From positions 1,120,001 through 1,184,000 of the forward strand of contig CBDCWI010000002.1 in assembly GCA_965223325.1 (NCBI GenBank): a stretch of DNA of 64,000 nt, in the 5' to 3' direction. Shown one piece after another: positions 37,010 through 45,811 of the stretch (the stretch's first letter is position 1; each line of letters opens with the position of its first letter). Both the position numbers and the translations under genes were made by a program. The notes beneath the pieces are model-generated. The model was not told the DNA's origin, ran no database searches, and was given only the letters and a program-made list of their open reading frames with translations. This DNA comes from Candidatus Multivoradales bacterium (GTDB taxonomy: Bacteria; Acidobacteriota; Thermoanaerobaculia; Multivoradales; Multivoraceae).

Positions 37010-37893
37010 AGTCACATCTGCGGCGCAAGCGCTCCAAAGCGCGAGCCGCCTTCACTGGCGCTCGCCTTGCAAAAGCTGCCACCGACTTCGGTCGCCTGGC
37101 GCGCGCCGCGGATTCCTGCCTCCGATGGAACCGACCTCGACGCTCACCACTCAACTGCCCCCCGTGGTTTTCGACCAATGCGCTGCGGGCCTTGATTGGG
37201 TAGGCGGTGCTGTTGGAATCCCCACCTCGCCGTCTCGGCCTGTCGTGTACCACGGACCTCACTAGAGTCACATCTGCGGCGCAAGCGCTCCAAAGCGCGA
37301 GCCGCCTTCACTGGCGCTCGCCTTGCAAAAGCTGCCACCGACTTCGGTCGCCTGGCGCGCGCCGCGGATTCCTGCCTCCGATGGAACCGACCTCGACGCT
37401 CACCACTCAACTGCCCCCCGTGGTTTTCGACCAATGCGCTGCGGACCTTGATTGGGTAGGCGGTGCTGTTGGAATCCCCACCTCGCCGTCTCGGCCTGTC
37501 GTGTACCACGGACCTCACTAGAGTCACATCTGCGGCGCAAGCGCTCCAAAGCGCGAGCCGCCTTCACTGGCGCTCGCCTTGCAAAAGCTGCCACCGACTT
37601 CGGTCGCCTGGCGCGCGCCGCGGATTCCTGCCTCCGATGGAACCGACCTCGACGCTCACCACTCAACTGCCCCCCGTGGTTTTCGACCAATGCGCTGCGG
37701 ACCTTGATTGGGTAGGCGGTGCTGTTGGAATTCCCGCCTCGACGTCTCGGCCTGTCGTGTACCACGGACCTCACTAGAGTCACATCTGCGGCGCAAGCGC
37801 TCCAAAGCGCGAGCCGCCTTCACTGGCGCTCGCCTTGCAAAAGCTGCCACCGACTTCGGTCGCCTGGCGCGCGCCGCGGATTCCTGCCTCCGA
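36906..37893. repeat. Tandem array of 256 bp units (3 full copies plus one 220 bp partial copy)
   Basis: Units start at 36906, 37162, 37418 and 37674 and differ at only 4 sites that I could see. Confidence 0.95.
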
Positions 37894-37937
37894 CTTAACA
37901 CGGAGGCTTCTCTTCCCCGGATCCCAGGACCCTCTTC

Positions 37938-38876
37938 ATGAAGCAGCCACCGAACCCTCTCTCCGTCGCCATCTCCGGCGCCAGCGGTCTGGTTGGCCGC
38001 GGACTCATTCCGCGGCTCGAAGCGGCCGGCCACCAAGTGCTCCGCCTCGAACGACGAGGTGAGCCCGGCGCCGACCCGGCCCGCGTCTTGTGGAGTCCGG
38101 AGACTGGCGTTCGTGAGCCCGAGAAACTCGAGGGCGTCGATGCCATCGTTCATCTCGCCGGCGAAAGCATCGCGGGCGGGCGCTGGACCCGGCGCAAGCG
38201 GCAGGAGATTCGCCGGAGCCGCATCGTTGGCACCCGCAAGCTGGTCGCCTCGCTCGCTACCCTCGAGCGACCGCCGGCTAGCTTCATGTGCGCGTCGGCG
38301 GTGGGCTACTACGGCAACACCGACGAGCGAGCCGACACGCCGGTCGATGAGCGTTCGCCCGCCGGCCGCGGGTTTCTCGCCGAGGTGTGCGTGGACTGGG
38401 AGAAGGAGGCGGAGTGTGCCCGGGACTTCGGCGCGCGGGTCGTTCGCCTTCGGTTTGGCGTCATTCTGTCGTCAACTGGTGGGGCGTTGGCCAAGATGCT
38501 GCCGGCACTTCGCAGCGGCCTCGGGGGACGGCTCGGCGGCGGGCGGCAGATCATGGCGTGGATCAGCCTGCGGGACTGCGTCAACGCCATCGAAACCCTG
38601 CTCTCTAGAGATGACCTCTCGGGAGCCTTCAACCTGACCGCGCCGCGGCCCGCCAGCAACCGCTGTTTCACCGCACGGTTGGGCGGTGCCCTGGGGCGCC
38701 CGACACCGCTCGCGGTTCCTGCCGCGCTCCTTTCTGCGACTTTCGGCGGCATGGCCCGCGAGACACTCCTGGCCTCGAACGACGTTCGGCCCACGCGCCT
38801 CCTGGAAGCGGGGTTTGAGTTCGAGCACAGCGAACTCGACAACGCCCTCTCAGAGCTCCTCGCTCAGACGGACTAG
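37938..38876 (+). CDS. TIGR01777 family NAD-dependent epimerase/oxidoreductase (YfcH-like)
   Basis: Motifs ISGASGLVG, VHLAGESI...RW, ASAVGYYG and GRQIMAWI. Confidence 0.9.
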   Translation: MKQPPNPLSVAISGASGLVGRGLIPRLEAAGHQVLRLERRGEPGADPARVLWSPETGVREPEKLEGVDAIVHLAGESIAGGRWTRRKRQEIRRSRIVGTRKLVASLATLERPPASFMCASAVGYYGNTDERADTPVDERSPAGRGFLAEVCVDWEKEAECARDFGARVVRLRFGVILSSTGGALAKMLPALRSGLGGRLGGGRQIMAWISLRDCVNAIETLLSRDDLSGAFNLTAPRPASNRCFTARLGGALGRPTPLAVPAALLSATFGGMARETLLASNDVRPTRLLEAGFEFEHSELDNALSELLAQTD

Positions 38877-39676
38877 GAGTCGCGCTCGAGGGCCGCCCAA
38901 CGCCGGAAGCCGCCCTCCGAGTCGATCACCTGGCCAGTGATCCAGGCGGATTCATCGCTCGCCAACCAGCTCACCAGCCGGGCCACGTCCTCAGGCTGCC
39001 CCCAACGACGGGCGGGGAACATCTCGGCGACCTGCTCGTGCACAGGCCCTTCGAGCCAGCCGCTATCGACGGGTCCGGGATTGATGCAGTTGACGGTGAT
39101 TCCGGAGTCGATCACCGCATCGGCGAGAGTCATGGTCATCTGATGGATCGCACCTTTGCTCACCGCGTAGGCGATCTCGCCGCTCATCGGGCCGATGTGC
39201 TGACCGCTGGTAAAGAGAATCGCCCGACCTCCGGGACCGGGCGCGCGGCGCGCAGCCAGCGCCTGGATCAAGAGCACCGAAGCACGCACATTGACCGCCC
39301 AACAGCGGTCGAGCTCGGCGGCAGAGACCTCGCCGAGCCCATGATGGGAGGAGCGCGCGTGGTTGGCGACCAGCACATCGAGCGCTCCATAGGTGTCGAA
39401 GGCCAGCCCCACCAGCTCGGCCGGACTCTCGGGGCACTCCAGGTCGCGCTCGACCCAAACCAGCCTGCCCGCCTCTCGTGCGTCAGACAGCGTGGCCACG
39501 GCATCGTCGCCGGTGCTATCCCGGCCCCAGGGCATCTCAGCGTCGTGGGCGTGCCAGCCACTGGCTAGAACACGCATCCCGTCACGTAGCAGACGGTCGA
39601 CCAGCGCCCGGCCGATGCCTTTCTGGCGACTGACCCCGGTGACCAGCGCGACTTTCGTGTGCGGACCTTCGGACAT
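38873..39676 (-). CDS. Short-chain dehydrogenase/reductase
   Basis: Motifs VTGVSRQKGIG, YAVSK, NCINPGP and WITGQVI. Confidence 0.9.
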   Translation of the reverse strand: MSEGPHTKVALVTGVSRQKGIGRALVDRLLRDGMRVLASGWHAHDAEMPWGRDSTGDDAVATLSDAREAGRLVWVERDLECPESPAELVGLAFDTYGALDVLVANHARSSHHGLGEVSAAELDRCWAVNVRASVLLIQALAARRAPGPGGRAILFTSGQHIGPMSGEIAYAVSKGAIHQMTMTLADAVIDSGITVNCINPGPVDSGWLEGPVHEQVAEMFPARRWGQPEDVARLVSWLASDESAWITGQVIDSEGGFRRWAALERDS

Positions 39677-39696
39677 GGCCCGCCAGCCTACTAGTT

Positions 39697-39862
39697 CTAG
39701 TACCCCGTACCATTGAAACGGATAGTGGCTGAGCGGATGATCGTGCTCGAGATCAAGGCGTCACGACAGAGGCATATTGGTGATCTGTCGAGGAGTGACA
39801 ACACAGAGATCGAGCGCGAGGACCGCGCAGACGCTGTGCGTTTCAATGGTACGGGGTGCTAG
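39697..39862. mobile_element. Second CTAG-bounded MITE-like element (166 bp)
   Basis: 24 bp terminal inverted repeat with 1 mismatch: ctagtaccccgtaccattgaaacg (39697-39720) and cgtttcaatggtacggggtgctag (39839-39862). Confidence 0.7.
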
Positions 39863-39863
39863 G

Positions 39864-40658
39864 TCACTGCAGCGAGAAACTGATCGTCAGGTTCATGTAG
39901 ACCGAAACCGGCTTCCCCTCGAGCGTCGCCGGCTCATAGCGCCAGTTGCTGACCGTCTGCACCGCCGACTCCTCAAGCCCCTCCGGCAGTCCCTTGACGA
40001 CCTTGACGTTGGTCACGTTGCCCAACGAGTCGACGATTGCCTGCAGGATCACCACGCCCTGAACGCGGGCCTTGCGGGCTTCTTCGGTGTAGTGCGGTTG
40101 CGGCGCATGCACCTTTTTCGGCGGCTGCACGTTGCCTTCGATGTACATCGGCCCGGGCTTGCCAGCTCCCGGTGGTGCCGGCGGCACGTCGAGCAGATCG
40201 CCGATCTCGGGCGCATCGATCAGCGGCACTTCGACCGGCGCCTCGCGCGGAATGGGCTCGGGGTCGTCAGGCGTCGGATCGGGCATCGGGATCCGGCGTG
40301 CCTTCTTCTTCTCGACCGGCTTGGCGCGCGGCGCCTGCTTGGGAGGCGGCTGGAAGCGCACCGGCTCGACCATGTAGACCGAGCGGTTCGAAGAAATCTG
40401 CTGCGGCTCGCTGAGAGGAGTGGGCAACACCCAGAAACCGAAGGCCAGGATCAAATGAAAGGCGATCGCCGCGGCGACCGCGCGCCGGAAGCGCTTGGCG
40501 TCTGCTGGGTCTTCTTCGGGCAGGTAGGCACCGCCGCCGAGGCGCACCGGTGCCTCGCCGCCCAACCGGAAGGAGGACGCCGAATGCGGACTCGACCGCA
40601 CCTGGATGCGAGGTCCCCGGGAGCCACCGCCGAGGCGGCTTTCAATCTGGATCGCCAT
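39864..40658 (-). CDS. tonB: Energy transducer TonB
   Basis: TM helix with conserved His (AIAFHLIL), Pro-rich linker and TonB C-domain (PHYTEEARKARVQGVV...WRYEPA). Confidence 0.9.
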   Translation of the reverse strand: MAIQIESRLGGGSRGPRIQVRSSPHSASSFRLGGEAPVRLGGGAYLPEEDPADAKRFRRAVAAAIAFHLILAFGFWVLPTPLSEPQQISSNRSVYMVEPVRFQPPPKQAPRAKPVEKKKARRIPMPDPTPDDPEPIPREAPVEVPLIDAPEIGDLLDVPPAPPGAGKPGPMYIEGNVQPPKKVHAPQPHYTEEARKARVQGVVILQAIVDSLGNVTNVKVVKGLPEGLEESAVQTVSNWRYEPATLEGKPVSVYMNLTISFSLQ

Positions 40659-40898
40659 GAGTGTTTGTCAGGGCCGGCGACCGGCCTCTCTTCTACTGTT
40701 TAAAACTTGTCTTCCGGTTCAACCCTTGCCCAACAGGATCTGGTCGTGCCGATGCCCGCTCTTTCTACGGCTACCACCCGCCTCGGGGTCATGGAAACGT
40801 TGAAGTGGCCGCTCTTAATCCCGCCGACGCATCAACCGGCGACGGCGTTGGTCTCGGGCCGCCATCAAGAACGGCCCCTCCAGTTCCGAAGGGCGCAG

Positions 40899-41492
40899 TC
40901 AGTCGGAGCCGCGTTCGCGACGCGCTTTGCGCTCGAGGGCTTCTAGCTTGCCCGGCCCCTCTTCGAGGAAGCGCAACATCGCCTCCTTCGAAAGAATGCC
41001 CTGCTCGGTCACGGCGTAGCCCCGGTCGGGCCTGGCAACCACCATGGTCGGGAAGCCAGTGATCAGAAAACGCATCTGAACTCGGTCGACGTCGCTGCTA
41101 TTGCGACCGTCCTCACGGACCCGATCCAGCACCTCCACCGGTACAAAATGCTTCTGCAGCCTCCGGGCGACCGCCTCGCTGTTGAACACATCATCCTTGA
41201 GGGCATGGCAGGGACCGCACCATTCAGCAGTGAAGAAATAGAGCACCAGGCGGCCCGTTTCGCGCGCCTCTTCTTCGCCGTCAGAGACCGTCCGCCAGGC
41301 GACCCGAGAGACCGGTTGGGGTTCCGCCCAGGTCTGCCGCTCCCACGACCGCTCCTGTGCTTGAGCAGGAAATGACAAGACGAATCCTGTGAACAACAGG
41401 CATGACAGGACTCCTCTCGCTGAAATGTGCGCTTTGCGCTCTGGATGCTTGACCATGGTACGTATCGCCGTTAGCGTATTTACTCCTTCCAC
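40899..41492 (-). CDS. Exported thioredoxin-family protein
   Basis: FTAEWCGPC and GFPT cis-Pro motif, with a signal peptide. Start uncertain. Confidence 0.8.
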   Translation of the reverse strand: MEGVNTLTAIRTMVKHPERKAHISARGVLSCLLFTGFVLSFPAQAQERSWERQTWAEPQPVSRVAWRTVSDGEEEARETGRLVLYFFTAEWCGPCHALKDDVFNSEAVARRLQKHFVPVEVLDRVREDGRNSSDVDRVQMRFLITGFPTMVVARPDRGYAVTEQGILSKEAMLRFLEEGPGKLEALERKARRERGSD

Positions 41493-41644
41493 CGACAGCC
41501 CGCTCTCGGACTTGCTACGTGGTGCCGCTCAGTCCGCGGTCTCGACCGGCTCATCGCCGGACGTTATCGCAACGCCTGGAGACACTCCGCAGCGCGTTCC
41601 GTCGAACGGATCCTATTACGACGAGTATTCCTGGAGGAATCCCC

Positions 41645-42601
41645 ATGCTTTCAAAGTCCAAGATCGAGATTCTCGTTCTGGCCCTGGTCGCTCTGCTGGT
41701 CGCTGTACCGGCAGCAGCGCAAGAAGACGAAGAGTTCCCGCCCAACGCTGAAGCCGGCAAGTGCTACGCCAAGTGCGTCATCCCGGCTCAGTACGAGACC
41801 TACACCGAGCAGGTTCTCAAGAAAGACGCCGCCAAGCGGCTCGAGGTCGTTCCGGCGACCTACGAGACCGTCACCGAGCAGGTCGTCACCCGCGAAGCGT
41901 CCTCACGCCTCGAGGTGGTCCCTGCCCAGTACGAGAACGTCACCGAGCAGGTGATGATCAAGCCTGCCAGCAGCCGGGTCGAGGTCGTTCCGGCGACCTA
42001 CGAGACGGTCACCGAAACCGTCACCGTGTCGCCTGCCAGCACCCGCTGGGAAAAGACCAGGGGCGACGCTTCCTGCCTGTCGGCCAACCCCGAAGATTGC
42101 CGCGTCTGGTGCCTGGTCACCGTTCCGGCAGTCACTCGTACGGTCAGCAAGCGGGTCCTCAAGACCCCGGCCACCACTCGTGAAATCGAGATCCCGGCCG
42201 AGTACAAGACGGTCACCCGTCGCGTCGTCAAGGTTCCGGCTTCGACCCGCACGGTCGAGATCCCGGCCGAGTACGGCACCATCACCAAGACGGTGCTCAA
42301 GAGCCCGGCAACCACTCGCGAGATCGAGATCCCGGCCGAGTACCAGACGGTCACCCGCACACGTCAGGTGTCGGCCGCTGGTTCGACCGAGTGGCGTGAG
42401 GTCCTCTGCGCTGCCGACATCACCCAGGCACGCATTCGTACCATCCAGCGCGCGCTCAAAGAACGCGGCTACGACCCGGGGCCGATCGACAACATCCTCG
42501 GCTCCCAGACCCGCGCCGCGCTCCTGCGCTTCCAGCGCGACAACAAGCTGCCGGAAGGCAGTCTTGACCTCGAAACTCTAAAGGCGCTCGGCGTCAACTG
42601 A
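41645..42601 (+). CDS. Secreted repeat protein with C-terminal peptidoglycan-binding domain
   Basis: GGAGG RBS and signal peptide. Seven or more PAxYxTVT repeats, and C-terminal IQRALKERGYDPGPIDNILGSQTRAALLRFQ. Confidence 0.85.
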   Translation: MLSKSKIEILVLALVALLVAVPAAAQEDEEFPPNAEAGKCYAKCVIPAQYETYTEQVLKKDAAKRLEVVPATYETVTEQVVTREASSRLEVVPAQYENVTEQVMIKPASSRVEVVPATYETVTETVTVSPASTRWEKTRGDASCLSANPEDCRVWCLVTVPAVTRTVSKRVLKTPATTREIEIPAEYKTVTRRVVKVPASTRTVEIPAEYGTITKTVLKSPATTREIEIPAEYQTVTRTRQVSAAGSTEWREVLCAADITQARIRTIQRALKERGYDPGPIDNILGSQTRAALLRFQRDNKLPEGSLDLETLKALGVN

Positions 42602-42618
42602 GTTCGTCTCACATTCGA

Positions 42619-42681
42619 GACCCGCGCTTCGCGGGTCCAGAGGAGAGGGATGACCCCGAAACGGGTCATCCCTTTCTTTTT
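42619..42681 (+). terminator. Double hairpin / rho-independent terminator
   Basis: gacccgcg-ctt-cgcgggtc, then agggatgaccc-cgaaac-gggtcatccct followed by ttcttttt. Confidence 0.8.
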
Positions 42682-42703
42682 GCCCCTCCCGGTTCTGTCG
42701 CTC

Positions 42704-43918
42704 TCACGGCGGCGAATCGAGAAGCTCGAGGAGCCGTTCATCCATCCTCGAAGCGCGTTCTCGCCAGGCGAAGCGGCGGCGCACGGCGGCGCGGATGGAG
42801 GGCTCTTCCTTCTCCCAGCGGCGCTCGGCCGCCACCATTTCGAGATGATCCGCGAGCACCCGGGCCAGTGCAACATCGTTGGGCGGGCCCTCGGGCACCG
42901 GGTAGAGGTAGGAGCCCGGCGCCCCTGGCAGACCCTCGACCAGCTCGGGGTAGGAGAGTCGCGCCGGCAGGACCGGCAGGCAGCCCGCAGCCATCGCCTC
43001 GACGACGGCGATACCGAAAAACTCGTGATCGGCAGTCGAGACGAAGACGCTGGCGCCAAGCAAACAGCGCCAATAGTCGTCGCGCGAGGCCTGAAAGCCC
43101 CAATGTCGAATGCAGCCTTCGAACTCCTTGCGGGCCTCGTCAAAGACCGGCGGCACCTGAGGAAAAGACTGGCCCAGCACCGACACCCGAAAGTCGACGC
43201 CCCTCCGGCGCAGCTCGCGCAGCGCCAGAAAGAACGCAGCCGGGTTCTTGTCGAACTCCCAGCGCGCCGCCCACAGGATCTCGATCGGTCCGCCGGCGGA
43301 GGTACCGGCGGCATGAACCTCGGCCTCGATCTCGGTGGGTGGCAGCGAAACTCCCGGGTACTCGACGCGTGACCGTTCCAGGAGACCGTGCTCGAGCCCT
43401 CCCGGGCGGGGCTTGGGCATGCGCCCGACGAAACGGGCCGCGGCAGCGACAAAGTCATCGCGGTGAAAGGCCGAGTTCCACCACACTTCCCGCGCTGCGA
43501 GCGCACTGGTGAGGTTGGTCAACCCGAAGTGGGCGTCGCGCTCCCTCGTCTCGTCCTGGTCTCGGCCCACTTCGAGCTCACCGCGGGGGCGCACCGGATA
43601 GGTGAACTGATTCTCGTGGAAGTAGATGACCGCCGGCAGGTCGCGAAAAGGCGCCGGCGCGATACCTCTAAAGCACGCCAGGTCGAGCATGTCGGAGCAA
43701 AAGAGAACATCGAAGGCTTCCGCGGCCAAACCCTCGAGCTCGGCGACCGCCGCCAGCGGACCGCTTCGCATGCGCCACTTCCACTGCCGCGCCGGCAATC
43801 CCAGCACCTCGAACCGATGCCGGCTGTGCTCTATCCAGCCGTCGAGAAAGGCCCGGTGACTACCACCGTAGAAGGGCTCGAGCGCCAGGACAGAGAGCGC
43901 AGTCAGGGAGGCTGCCAC
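42704..43918 (-). CDS. DUF3524 + GT-B glycosyltransferase (GTDC1/QTMAN-like)
   Basis: Motifs EPFYGGSH, WKWRMR, YFHENQ, RWEFDKNP and HEFFGIAVVEA. Confidence 0.85.
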   Translation of the reverse strand: MAASLTALSVLALEPFYGGSHRAFLDGWIEHSRHRFEVLGLPARQWKWRMRSGPLAAVAELEGLAAEAFDVLFCSDMLDLACFRGIAPAPFRDLPAVIYFHENQFTYPVRPRGELEVGRDQDETRERDAHFGLTNLTSALAAREVWWNSAFHRDDFVAAAARFVGRMPKPRPGGLEHGLLERSRVEYPGVSLPPTEIEAEVHAAGTSAGGPIEILWAARWEFDKNPAAFFLALRELRRRGVDFRVSVLGQSFPQVPPVFDEARKEFEGCIRHWGFQASRDDYWRCLLGASVFVSTADHEFFGIAVVEAMAAGCLPVLPARLSYPELVEGLPGAPGSYLYPVPEGPPNDVALARVLADHLEMVAAERRWEKEEPSIRAAVRRRFAWRERASRMDERLLELLDSPP

Positions 43919-45051
43919 CCTGCCGGAGGCGTGAAGTAGATGCGCAGTTCGGCCTCCCGAGGTTCGGTCGTGCTGTTGTTTCTAAACGCTGTCGCGATGA
44001 GCAGGCCCCCGTCGGTGATCGTCTCGACCCACGGTAGGTCGATGAAGGAAGCGCCTCCGATCGGGCATTCGTCGGTGCCGAGGCAGTCGCCATCTCCGGT
44101 CGAGTCGCCGGCGCGCGTGCGGTAGCCAATGAAGCGCGCTCCGCGCGGCAGTGCCACCATCAGCATCGGACAGCTCTGAGCGCTCGCTAGGTACGGACCG
44201 ATGTGCTGTGCAAGGGCCTGGCCCCCAGGGACACCGGCGATGACCTCCAGCAAGTCCGGGTGGTCGGCGTCCTGCACCGGACCGGCAAACGACGCAAAAC
44301 TCTCGCTGTCGACTTCTTCGAGCAACGCAAGGGCTTCGCCGAGAATCGCCTCGAGGTCTCCTGGGCAGGGTTGTCCGGGTGAGCGGGCCGGCACCTGGAC
44401 GAGGCTGGAAGCTGTCCACTCTGAAGCCGCGCATTCCAGGCACGCCTCCGCCGGTGCGACACGCTGAGCCCTGGGGGGAGCAGGAGGCGGGGCTTCCGGC
44501 TCTACGAGTCGCGCCCGGTCACGCCCCGCCCTGGGCTCGGCCGCTTCGCTCTCCACTACTCGCGCCATGTCTCCCTTGGCGGCCCGGCGGGCGAGGCGCT
44601 CCTCCTGGCGACGCCGTCGCGCCTGCTCGCGCCGGGCGCGTTTCTGGTCCCCTCGATCGGCCACCATGACGCCGCCTTCGCCGGCTGCAAAGCTGACCTC
44701 GAGCGGTGCCCAAAAGGTGCCGGTGCGCTGCTTTGAGCTGAAACCGACCTCAGGGGGTTGCCCAACGCTGATCTTGATGTAGCCGGTGTAGAGCATGTAA
44801 CCCTCACGGCGGACATCGACCTGCCACTCGCCAGCCGCCAGGCCGTCAAAGGAGGCGCGGCCATCTTCTTCGGTCAGAGCGGACGTCGCCGGACCGGATT
44901 CCGATTGCAGAACGACCAGCGTCTGAGGAAGCCCAGCGCCGTTGTCGTCGGTGACCAGGACCCGGACGTCAATCTGGGCGCCCGCCATGCCTGCCCAGCT
45001 CATCGCCAGGGAGAGGTACACGACCGGAAGGAGGAACCACCGACGCTTCAC
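43903..45051 (-). CDS. Secreted protein with carboxypeptidase-regulatory-like N-domain
   Basis: Signal peptide and VTDDNGAGLP...TEEDG..F..L..GEW.V.V...GY. Cys-containing C-domain of unknown type. Confidence 0.6.
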   Translation of the reverse strand: MKRRWFLLPVVYLSLAMSWAGMAGAQIDVRVLVTDDNGAGLPQTLVVLQSESGPATSALTEEDGRASFDGLAAGEWQVDVRREGYMLYTGYIKISVGQPPEVGFSSKQRTGTFWAPLEVSFAAGEGGVMVADRGDQKRARREQARRRRQEERLARRAAKGDMARVVESEAAEPRAGRDRARLVEPEAPPPAPPRAQRVAPAEACLECAASEWTASSLVQVPARSPGQPCPGDLEAILGEALALLEEVDSESFASFAGPVQDADHPDLLEVIAGVPGGQALAQHIGPYLASAQSCPMLMVALPRGARFIGYRTRAGDSTGDGDCLGTDECPIGGASFIDLPWVETITDGGLLIATAFRNNSTTEPREAELRIYFTPPAGWQPP

Positions 45052-45344
45052 GGTTGCTCTCTCGGTGGTGTCACGTTCTTCATCGGCGGGCGCTCGCCCA
45101 CCGGCTGGTGACTCGCATCCTGGCCAGAGGCTTGCTGGCCGCCGGGAGACATTTCTTCATCGCCGGGCTGGCGACGAGCGGCCAGGAAGGTCAGCACCAT
45201 CAGGATCGCCTCGTCAACGAACGGCAGTGGATCGGGAACCAGCATGTCGACCACCAAAAGGACCAGCAGGAAGCCGAACAGCTGCCGCGAACTCAAGCGC
45301 ATGAGCATGCGACGACCGACCTCCATGAGACCGCGACCCGCCAT
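45048..45344 (-). CDS. Small membrane protein (DUF6116-like)
   Basis: Hydrophobic hairpin around VPDPLPFVDE. Confidence 0.65.
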   Translation of the reverse strand: MAGRGLMEVGRRMLMRLSSRQLFGFLLVLLVVDMLVPDPLPFVDEAILMVLTFLAARRQPGDEEMSPGGQQASGQDASHQPVGERPPMKNVTPPREQP

Positions 45345-45782
45345 CTAGGACACCGCCCTCTTCTCGGACCCACGAGTCGACCGGTCCTTCTTCCTGACGA
45401 CGAATTTGAGGCCCGACCAGACGTCGTCGACCGCGCACACCTTGACATCGACCAGACCATGCTCCAGACCGACCTCCCGTACCACCCCGCCGCTGAGGTC
45501 AGTGGACACCCCCGACGACTTCTTGGGCCAGCTGATCCACAGCATGCCCTCGGGAAAGATCGCGCGCGCCATTGCCGGAAAGCGCTTCTCGAGCTTCGCG
45601 CGCCGCAGCGCGAAGTGGTGAACGAAGTCACGCCCGCCGCGCAGATCGCTTGCAACCTGAGACCGCCCGGGAAGAGGACCTAGAGACTTCAGGAAGCCGG
45701 GAGGGGCATCGAGAATCGCGACGCGGTCGCCTTCCTTGATGCCTAGTTTGGCGATCAACGGTCGTTGTGAGTAACCGGCCAA
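45345..45782 (-). CDS. DUF3052-family protein
   Basis: TTG start giving (M)AGYSQRPLIAKLGIK; motifs WISWPKKSSGV and GLVDVKVCAVDDVWSGLKF. Confidence 0.85.
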   Translation of the reverse strand: MAGYSQRPLIAKLGIKEGDRVAILDAPPGFLKSLGPLPGRSQVASDLRGGRDFVHHFALRRAKLEKRFPAMARAIFPEGMLWISWPKKSSGVSTDLSGGVVREVGLEHGLVDVKVCAVDDVWSGLKFVVRKKDRSTRGSEKRAVS

Positions 45783-45811
45783 GTTCGGTCTTTGCCCCTT
45801 TGCTCCTGAGG

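Noticed and set aside
36906-37893. CRISPR array, or repeated small ORFs (87/104/127 aa) in the 256 bp array
   Set aside because: The units are contiguous and near-identical with no unique spacers and no cas genes. The ORFs shift frame each unit (256 is not a multiple of 3) and lack RBS or protein-like composition.
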